Positions 1 to 6,425 of a stretch of 11,121 bases of DNA are shown here, piece after piece; the first letter of the stretch is position 1, and every line of letters starts with the position of its first letter. Below the pieces are notes generated by a model that searched no databases, was not told the DNA's origin, and saw only the letters and a program-made list of their open reading frames with translations. The position numbers were made by a program, and so were the translations under genes. Source of the DNA: an archaeon (GTDB taxonomy: Archaea > Iainarchaeota > Iainarchaeia > Iainarchaeales > CSSED10-239); assembly GCA_041657425.1 (NCBI GenBank), contig JBBABY010000015.1, positions 1 to 11,121 on the forward strand. Reading direction: 5' to 3'.

Positions 1-1
1 C

Positions 2-3000
2 GTGGACGACACATATCCTTTTTTCGGCAGGATGGCCATCAGGACGGAGACCGACGCCGACGAGCCGCAGTTTCCGGTGTCTTGCGCCACTGCCGCCTCC
101 AGGAGCTCCCACGACGGGGGGCATTTCCCCGTCGCCGGGGCGCAGGCGTCCCATTCGATTTATTTCGAGGGCGAGGACAGGGGTCAGTTCGGATGGGTAA
201 ACTCCGCCTATGACTATCTCGTCGCCCCTAGGGGGACGATGTTGCCATTGAACAGAACTGCCTATGGGATGGACGGGGCGGCGGCCGAAGATTTGGACCC
301 CGGCGATCCCGACTATGCCTCCCTCCCCCTGAGATGGTCTCTTTCCGGGGACATCGCCGTGGCCGGGCAGGACGACATGTCCTCGCCTGGAAAGGCGGCG
401 ATCCGTTTTATGGACGTCATCCTCTCGGACAAGAAAGTCTGCTCGACCTGCTCCGGCAAGGGGTGGGTGGCGGCGTCCGGAAGGGCCGCATGCCCGGTTT
501 GCGGCGGGGAGAGGTTCGAGGACGTTTATGTCGACGGCGGCGGTGAGAGGCTTCCCGTCTTGGCGTATGGCTTGTCGCGATATGAGCCGCTGGAGAGATG
601 GCTGGCCCCGTTGTCCAGGGGAAGGAGGTCCGCCCCCCCGTTCGGCGGCCAAATATCCTCCAGGCAGACGTTGTTCATGTACGACTCAAAAAGGAACTCC
701 GCGTCATGGGAAGCGGTCGGGGACGCTTCCGGCAGGACCGTCCAGGAGGATTGCCCGTCGGCGTCGGGGGGGGTCAATCCGAGGTTCGACGCCGCCGGGC
801 ATATGGCGGTCAAGACGGAGACCGCTGTGGAAGACCCCCACGCCGCCCCTTTCCAAGGCGTTTTGGGGGAATCCGTGGGCTTTGGCGACCATGTCTCCCC
901 GGCCGTCGGGGAAATCGGGCATGGCATGACCGAATACGTCCCTGGATATTCGCCCTCCGAGGCTCCCGGGTTCTGCAACCGCGTGGAGCCGACCAACCGC
1001 TGGGAGAGGGGATTGTACAGGATGGGGGGCGGGGTGTGGAAGAGCGCCGACGTCCAGAAGCTTGGAATGGCATACCTCCAGCCGGAGTGGGATTCATACA
1101 ACCTGCTCCATTGGAGGGGGACCATGGGGGCGACGACCAGCGTGCAGCTCCAGGTGTGCAGGCTGCTGGAGGACGGGTCCAGTACGGAGTACGTCGACGT
1201 CATCCTGGACGGAGCCTCGTTCGACATGGGGGCGAACGCCTGGCTCGCCACCAAGGGGGCGTTCTACGACTATTGGGACACCATCGGCAGGCAGGGTTTG
1301 GAGCCGGGGTTCGACTACAAGATGAGGATACGCCAATATGACAAGACCAGCAACACGTTCTCGTCTTGGGTGGGGTCTTCGAAATTCAAGGTCGGCGGAG
1401 GGGCTCCGGCCGCCCCCAACGTCATCTCGTGCGAGTACGAGCCATGGACTGGCAGATTGGTCATAACTTATTCGATAGACGACGTCAACGGCAACATGTA
1501 CAACGTCATGGGCTTGTGGTACAGCGTCGGGGGCGATTTCCTGCAGGTGTCCATGGGGGATGTGATGGGCGACACCGACCATCTGGACTCCAGGACGTCC
1601 CCTTCGGCGCAAGGCGGCGTCCACAAGCTGGTGTGGGCGGCGAAAGGCTACATATCGTCCCCCACGCAGTCATGCCGCGTGGCGATAGAGATAGTCCCGT
1701 CCAAGATAGTCGACGGGATGTCGCCCCCCAGGCTGTCGTTCTCGGCCGACTACAACCCCGCCTGGAAAACCGGCGACGACGGGGTCGTGTCGCTTTCCGG
1801 CAAGACGCAATATTACCACTACAACCCCGACACCGGAGAGACCTCCGTCCTGGCGGCCCCTGTCAGATATCCCGGAGGAATCGACCTGTCGATGTCCAGG
1901 ATAGAGGAGTTCAAGTCGTATCCGCCCCCCTCCGGCCTTTTCGCGTTCCTCGACGCATCCGGAAATGTGGCCGACGGCGCGGGGTACGAGGGGTGGATGT
2001 CGGCGGCGGTCATCCCGGGGGTCACCAGGCGCGACAGGTTGATGGACATGGAGCAGGAGCTGTCCGGGATGATAGACGGCCTCCCGGCGTATGTCGACAT
2101 GAGGCTGGACGCCCTGTCGGCGGCGAGGGAGAGGCTCATAGACCAGGGTTTCTATTGCAATGGGTTCAACGGCAATTCCCCGGAAGGGGGAGTTTTCGAT
2201 TACCGGGTGCTGAGCGGGGCGAGCGGGCTCTATGATCCCAGATGCCAGGTTTACTGCGAATTCCAGCTGGACCCTGACCCGGGTTTCGCGTCCGCCTCGG
2301 GGGAGCCGTTCCGGACTTTGCTGTTTGACAAGTCCGGTTCGAGGATACATTCCGACGACACCACCATCACCTCCTATTCCGTCCCGTCGGGGACGGTGGA
2401 GTCCGTCGTCGACAACAACTCCTATCTATGGGCGGGGGAGGTCATGGACACCGGGGGCGACGCCGAAGCCGAGGGGGAGGAAGCGCAAAAGGAGAGGATT
2501 TACACGACGTTGACAATACCGATGGCGGCCCTGCCCGGGGAAGCCTCCGGCGACCTCCCCCCGTTTGGCGGGTCGTACGCCGGAGAATATCTGTGGCGTG
2601 CAAGGTCATACAACCTGGTGACCGCGGACGACTTTTCGTCCGCGTCCCCCGAGATCCTCTCCAGGGCTATGTCAGGATCGTCGCTGTCCGTGTATTTCGC
2701 TCTTTGGGCGCCGAAAGGGGCCGGGACGTTCAACATGTCAAAGCTGGAGTTCCGCGTCTCCTCGTCCGGGGCGTATTTGTACGATGAGGCGGCGGTCGAA
2801 TGGCCGACCGACCCCCCATCCGGGCACGAGGACGAGTTGGACGTGTGGACGCCGTTGTCCAGATCCAGGTCGAGGCCGTCGGTCGTGAAAACTTCCGGGA
2901 TGGAATATTTCATGTGGTACTCCAAGACCGGGTCAAGGGGGGAGCCGACATTGCTCCACGCCAGGGCGATGTCCCCTTCCAGGGCCGGGGAGAGGTCTCT

Positions 3001-3919
3001 GGCTTTGCCGATGGGGAGGTATGAGTCGCTCCAGGAAAAATTCGGGATCTCGGCGGCCCATTCGCCGTGCGTGGCCAAATTCGGAAGCCGATGGGGGATG
3101 TGGTTCTCCGCCGTCAAGGACGGGTTGAACGCCATCCATGTCTCGTGGTCGGAGGACGCCTCCTCGTGGGGGGATCCGGTGCAGGTGTCAGGGCTGCCGG
3201 CAGGGTATTCACCATGGGTCAGCGTGTCGGGGTCGGTGGCGACGATGTGTTTCGCGAGGGCGTCCGGGGGATTGTCCGTGCTGTCGTTCGCCGAGTCCCT
3301 GGACGGTGAGGTATTCTCGTCGACGCTGGATGCCGGGTTTGGCGGAGGGATGGATCTCACCTCGCCATGCATGTTCGGGGGGAAACTTTATTACACCGGA
3401 TACTCGGGCTCGTCCCCCGCCACTTTCGTCAGGGACGCCTCCGCCTCCGGATGGGGCGCGGAGTCCATGTTGGCGTCAGGGGTGTATAACTTGAGCGCGC
3501 TGGCGGACTCGGACGGAGGAGACCCCGCCACAAGGGTCTATTATAACAGGTCCGTCGACGGGGACGACCGTATTTTCACCGCCGTCCTGCGCGGGGGAGG
3601 ATGGACTCTCGTCTCCAGCAACCCGGCGCTGGCGCTGTCCGGAGACGTGACGGGCATATCCGGGGATTGGAGAAACCCTTCCGTCCGTTCGTTCACCGTC
3701 CTCGACAACGGTTACGTGTCCGCGGCCTACAAAGCCCTGGAGCGCCCCCAGGACGCCCTTTTCAGGATTTCATTTGCGCACACGTCCCAGAGGGTGTATA
3801 GTCTGAGCTCTGATTGGGTGGGATCGTCCAATGCCGCCAGCTTGGGGGCGGACGCGTCTCCGGGCGCGTTCGTCTACGATCCGGCTGTCAAATATTTTGA
3901 TTGGGGGGACGATTTCTGA
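2..3919 (+). CDS. Very large multidomain protein (at least 1305 aa, probably 5'-truncated by the window edge). Candidate virion fibre, host-recognition or glycan-binding protein with a zinc-knuckle pair, a beta-sandwich-like middle and C-terminal beta-propeller-like repeats.
   Basis: The ORF is open from the window edge; there is no in-frame stop upstream, so the GTG at 2 is probably internal. GC3 is high and amino-acid composition is ordinary, unlike the Arg/Gly/Pro-rich antisense ORFs. The stop TGA at 3917-3919 overlaps the next ATG (TGATG). Motifs read from the translation: C147-x2-C-x-G-x-G ... C164-x2-C-x-G; a strand-rich FN3/Ig-like stretch at about aa 375-565; repeats of (S/T)P(C/W/S)V..G....(W/Y/F)(Y/F)(S/A) from aa 959 onward. 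Confidence 0.8.
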   Translation: MDDTYPFFGRMAIRTETDADEPQFPVSCATAASRSSHDGGHFPVAGAQASHSIYFEGEDRGQFGWVNSAYDYLVAPRGTMLPLNRTAYGMDGAAAEDLDPGDPDYASLPLRWSLSGDIAVAGQDDMSSPGKAAIRFMDVILSDKKVCSTCSGKGWVAASGRAACPVCGGERFEDVYVDGGGERLPVLAYGLSRYEPLERWLAPLSRGRRSAPPFGGQISSRQTLFMYDSKRNSASWEAVGDASGRTVQEDCPSASGGVNPRFDAAGHMAVKTETAVEDPHAAPFQGVLGESVGFGDHVSPAVGEIGHGMTEYVPGYSPSEAPGFCNRVEPTNRWERGLYRMGGGVWKSADVQKLGMAYLQPEWDSYNLLHWRGTMGATTSVQLQVCRLLEDGSSTEYVDVILDGASFDMGANAWLATKGAFYDYWDTIGRQGLEPGFDYKMRIRQYDKTSNTFSSWVGSSKFKVGGGAPAAPNVISCEYEPWTGRLVITYSIDDVNGNMYNVMGLWYSVGGDFLQVSMGDVMGDTDHLDSRTSPSAQGGVHKLVWAAKGYISSPTQSCRVAIEIVPSKIVDGMSPPRLSFSADYNPAWKTGDDGVVSLSGKTQYYHYNPDTGETSVLAAPVRYPGGIDLSMSRIEEFKSYPPPSGLFAFLDASGNVADGAGYEGWMSAAVIPGVTRRDRLMDMEQELSGMIDGLPAYVDMRLDALSAARERLIDQGFYCNGFNGNSPEGGVFDYRVLSGASGLYDPRCQVYCEFQLDPDPGFASASGEPFRTLLFDKSGSRIHSDDTTITSYSVPSGTVESVVDNNSYLWAGEVMDTGGDAEAEGEEAQKERIYTTLTIPMAALPGEASGDLPPFGGSYAGEYLWRARSYNLVTADDFSSASPEILSRAMSGSSLSVYFALWAPKGAGTFNMSKLEFRVSSSGAYLYDEAAVEWPTDPPSGHEDELDVWTPLSRSRSRPSVVKTSGMEYFMWYSKTGSRGEPTLLHARAMSPSRAGERSLALPMGRYESLQEKFGISAAHSPCVAKFGSRWGMWFSAVKDGLNAIHVSWSEDASSWGDPVQVSGLPAGYSPWVSVSGSVATMCFARASGGLSVLSFAESLDGEVFSSTLDAGFGGGMDLTSPCMFGGKLYYTGYSGSSPATFVRDASASGWGAESMLASGVYNLSALADSDGGDPATRVYYNRSVDGDDRIFTAVLRGGGWTLVSSNPALALSGDVTGISGDWRNPSVRSFTVLDNGYVSAAYKALERPQDALFRISFAHTSQRVYSLSSDWVGSSNAASLGADASPGAFVYDPAVKYFDWGDDF

Positions 3920-4305
3920 TGGCGGTCACCAACACCGGGGTATCCCCAGCTTTTGGAGTCGATCCGGCCGACATGTCGTCCGCCGCCGTGAACGCCTCGT
4001 CGCCGTCGTCGGGGGGCGGGGTGAACAGCCCATCCCCCACCCGTGACGGGGCGGCCAGCCCGGCGATGACCCTTGTCCAGCCGTTCTCCTCGTGGGCGTT
4101 GGACCATATCGCGTTCCCGAAATACGACGGGGTGTCCAAGCATACGGGCGTCCCGTCGAATTTCCCCGATTTCGCGTCCGAGCATCATATAATCTCTTTG
4201 ATGAGACAGGTTGACCTATATCTGGAACCAAAATACGAGTCTTACATAGACGCGGCCGCGGGGATGCCAGGGCCGAGACGGATAGACCTTAGCGTGGAGA
4301 CATAG
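3919..4305 (+). CDS. Hypothetical protein, 128 aa, with a Ser/Pro/Ala-rich N-terminus; no family recognised
   Basis: The ATG at 3919-3921 shares its A with the upstream TGA (TGATG), suggesting translational coupling. The track's earlier start at 3901 is a TTG inside the upstream gene. A G-rich stretch at 3903-3909 is a possible weak SD. GC3 is high. The stop TAG at 4303-4305 lies one nt before the next ATG. Confidence 0.65.
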   Translation: MAVTNTGVSPAFGVDPADMSSAAVNASSPSSGGGVNSPSPTRDGAASPAMTLVQPFSSWALDHIAFPKYDGVSKHTGVPSNFPDFASEHHIISLMRQVDLYLEPKYESYIDAAAGMPGPRRIDLSVET

Positions 4306-4306
4306 G

Positions 4307-5437
4307 ATGCCGAATTTCGAGTTCCTTCCGCTGTACCTGATCGCCCATGACCAATGGGGATATCAGATACCCCATGTCAGCCCATGGGGGACCACGTATG
4401 AGAATTTTCCGCATTATGGGCACACCCATTTCTTCATGCCGGGATTCGACTACGCGAAGGCCTCCAGGAGGGCGTGGACGGGGGAGCAGCTCTACAAATT
4501 CAAGTTGGCGGACGTGTGGTCTCCCAGGACGGAAGACCCCAACCAGACCAAGAACATCGTGTTCGAAGGTCTCCCCGAATGGTATTTTTTGGTGAGGGAG
4601 TACTGGAGGAGGGTATATATACAACCTTGGGACTCCGGTGGCGGCAAAGGCATCAAGTACGACGCCAGCGCGTCTTTCCACACCCACGGCCCATGGCGCG
4701 AGGCGAGGGGATCGTTCTTCTACTGGAACGACTGCGCCAGAACGCTGCCCCTGGAGTACTTCAAAAATCCGGAGAGGACTTCCAGGGACAATCTTGTCGG
4801 GCTTTCCGCGGGGGAGGGGTTGTGGGATCTGCCGGGGAGGGAATACGACGCGGAGGCCTCCTATCCGATACCGACGCAGTTCTGGGCCCCGGACTCCCAG
4901 GCGAATGCCAGGGTCCAGGCATGGAGCGACTTCAGATACGCCGGCCCGACCATAGAATACCAGCGGGTCGACCAATTGAACTGGGAGAGGCCGCCGGAAA
5001 GGGCGGGGACGGAGGGCGGGGACGGGTTTGAGATCGAGCTCTCGCTGCCCCTCAAGAGCGCCGCGGGCGAGATACTCTCGCCTTTCAGCTCGTCGAGCGA
5101 CAATTGCTCCCCGTTCGGGGTTTATTGCAACGGGTTCGCTGACAGGCATCCGGGGAGAATCCCGGTGTATCCCTCCGCCAACCCGTCGCCTGAGACGTCA
5201 TCCAAGGCCGTGTACGACGTACCCTCCGGTTTTTTGGGGCAGCCTGTCGTCTGGCGCGTTCCGGAGGCTTTGGAGCCTTCCATGGACGGGGTTTGGGTGG
5301 AGCAGTTCCTTGGCGGCGTGGTGAAGGCCGCCGCGCTGGTGAGATATGTCGACAACTTCGGAGGGAGGCATGAGCAATGGGTGAAGGACTCGCATTTCAG
5401 GGTGTCGGACGCGTTCGTGGGGAAGGACTCGACATAG
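4307..5437 (+). CDS. Hypothetical protein, 376 aa, rich in Trp/Tyr/Phe, with two H-T-H-(F/G) histidine clusters; function unknown
   Basis: The ATG at 4307 lies one nt after the upstream stop, with GGAGA at 4296-4300 six nt upstream. It is a long ORF with high GC3 and normal composition. The antisense ORF 4289-5149 is an Arg/Pro/Gly-rich shadow. Confidence 0.8.
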   Translation: MPNFEFLPLYLIAHDQWGYQIPHVSPWGTTYENFPHYGHTHFFMPGFDYAKASRRAWTGEQLYKFKLADVWSPRTEDPNQTKNIVFEGLPEWYFLVREYWRRVYIQPWDSGGGKGIKYDASASFHTHGPWREARGSFFYWNDCARTLPLEYFKNPERTSRDNLVGLSAGEGLWDLPGREYDAEASYPIPTQFWAPDSQANARVQAWSDFRYAGPTIEYQRVDQLNWERPPERAGTEGGDGFEIELSLPLKSAAGEILSPFSSSSDNCSPFGVYCNGFADRHPGRIPVYPSANPSPETSSKAVYDVPSGFLGQPVVWRVPEALEPSMDGVWVEQFLGGVVKAAALVRYVDNFGGRHEQWVKDSHFRVSDAFVGKDST

Positions 5438-6087
5438 CCGTCCCGGGCGATTGGCTGGAATCTTCCGGGGAGGGCGTCCATGTGGCGGTGGTGGACACCT
5501 CGCTGGACGACCCCGTGGCCGGCGTCGAGGAGAGGGACATCTTCCCTGGCAGGCCCGCGCCGCCGATGAAGCCGTTCCATTCCAGGTTTGTCTGCTCGGT
5601 GATCCTGTCCATAGCCCCGTTGTGCAGGGTGGTGCTCTACCCGGCCATACTGTGGGGGAGGGTCGGGACCCCGGAGCTGGCCGCGGCGCTTGGCGCCGCC
5701 GGGGCCGCGGACGTAATCAACCTCAGCCTGGCCTATGGCGTGGACGACTCCGCCGTCAGGGCGTTGTTGGAGAAGGCCGGCCGCTCCGGGTCGTTGATAG
5801 CTGCCAGCCACAACCCCAGGATGCCATGGCCGGCGGCTTACGGGATGGTCGTGTCGGCGGCCGGATCCGGGGGGGACGTCAATATAGACGACAGGGCTTT
5901 CGGGATGAGGGGGGCGAGCTATTCCGCGGCGAAGCTCTCCGGCCTGTTCGCTTTGGCGAAGTCGGCCGACAGGGGTGTTCCGTCGAGCATGGTGCTGGAA
6001 GCCCTGTCCTCCCTCAACCCAGGATTCCAGGCTCCTCCATGTCGCCAACCTCCCTCAAACTCAAGACATTTTCGAGCGCGCGGGTGA
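5377..6087 (+). CDS. Minimal S8 (subtilisin-like) serine peptidase, 236 aa
   Basis: The ATG at 5377 is preceded by GGAGGGAGG (5360-5368, 8-nt spacer). The translation matches subtilase motifs in order: VHVAVVDTS (Asp40); PFHSRFVCSVI (His68, in place of HGTHVAG); DVINLSL; IAASHN (oxyanion Asn146); GASYSAAKLSG (Ser181, in place of GTSMAAPHVAG). It is shorter than classical subtilisins. The last ~20 codons lose GC3 bias and overlap the convergent small ORF. Confidence 0.8.
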   Translation: MGEGLAFQGVGRVRGEGLDIAVPGDWLESSGEGVHVAVVDTSLDDPVAGVEERDIFPGRPAPPMKPFHSRFVCSVILSIAPLCRVVLYPAILWGRVGTPELAAALGAAGAADVINLSLAYGVDDSAVRALLEKAGRSGSLIAASHNPRMPWPAAYGMVVSAAGSGGDVNIDDRAFGMRGASYSAAKLSGLFALAKSADRGVPSSMVLEALSSLNPGFQAPPCRQPPSNSRHFRARG

Positions 6088-6256
6088 TTGCCATGCGCTG
6101 CATTTCCCCCTTCTCTTTTTGAACCAGGTACATCCGCCCCTCGGCGTCGAAGCCCACCATGACGAAACAGAGGAGGAATTCCCCCGTGTGGGAGGCAAGG
6201 GCCTCGCTTCTGCGTTTGGCCTCCCTCTCGTCCGTCGAAGTTTTGTTTTTGTCCAT
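6014..6256 (-). CDS. Small orphan protein, 80 aa (MDKNKTSTDEREAKRR...), no family recognised
   Basis: The ATG at 6256-6254 is preceded on the - strand by GGAGG (6267-6263) with a 6-nt spacer. GC3 is high across the 80 codons. The track's longer version (GTG at 6337) has no SD and would begin 4 nt after the tnpB stop. The stop TGA is at 6016-6014. Confidence 0.6.
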   Translation of the reverse strand: MDKNKTSTDEREAKRRSEALASHTGEFLLCFVMVGFDAEGRMYLVQKEKGEMQRMAITRALENVLSLREVGDMEEPGILG

Positions 6257-6305
6257 GTTCCACCTCCATGTAAACTTTACCCATTCGGCTCCAATCGGCG
6301 GTGTC

Positions 6306-6425
6306 CTCCGGGATGAAACCATAAAGTCAGCTACCACGCCCTAAAGGGCTGTGGCTTGCCCGCGCCTCTTGCGAGGCCGAGCTTCGGGGCATGCTGACTG
6401 ATGCCCACCGTCCCGTAGGACGGCG
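6306..6425 (-). ncRNA. Candidate TnpB guide RNA (omega-RNA/reRNA) scaffold spanning the tnpB 3' end and the downstream spacer; predicted only, ends uncertain
   Basis: Four abutting perfect stems on the - strand: 6423-6408 (6 bp, loop uacg), 6406-6387 (6 bp, loop cagucagc), 6387-6377 (4 bp) and 6377-6364 (5 bp, GNRA loop gcaa). In addition, 7 nt of the loop at 6399-6393 are complementary to 6331-6325, just past the stop codon. The position matches where omega-RNAs are encoded in characterised TnpB elements. Confidence 0.4.

Noticed and set aside
3901-3918. TTG start at 3901 for the 134-aa ORF
   Set aside because: The ATG at 3919, overlapping the upstream stop as TGATG, is the more conventional coupled start. 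The extra 6 codons lie inside the upstream gene.
5377-5437. Possible programmed -1 frameshift fusing the 376-aa ORF to the peptidase (61-nt overlap, peptidase in the -1 frame)
   Set aside because: No X-XXY-YYZ slippery heptamer is visible in the overlap. The peptidase also has its own strong SD (GGAGGGAGG) and ATG, so independent initiation explains the layout.
1094-6048. Multiple 100-300-aa ORFs in alternative frames or on the - strand within the left operon (for example 1366-2235 +, 1670-2350 -, 2500-3372 -, 4289-5149 -, 5122-6048 -, 5451-6122 +)
   Set aside because: All lie entirely inside longer ORFs that have better codon-position GC bias. Their low-complexity Arg/Gly/Pro-rich translations are as expected for GC-rich shadow frames.
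6088-6125. T-run (ttctcttttt, 6111-6120) after the peptidase stop as a possible intrinsic terminator
   Set aside because: I could find no convincing GC-rich stem immediately upstream, and the region is coding on the opposite strand.
6257-6337. Longer 107-aa version of the small - strand ORF, starting at GTG 6337
   Set aside because: It has no SD and starts 4 nt after the tnpB stop, inside the predicted omega-RNA and element-end region. The internal ATG at 6256 has a near-perfect SD.
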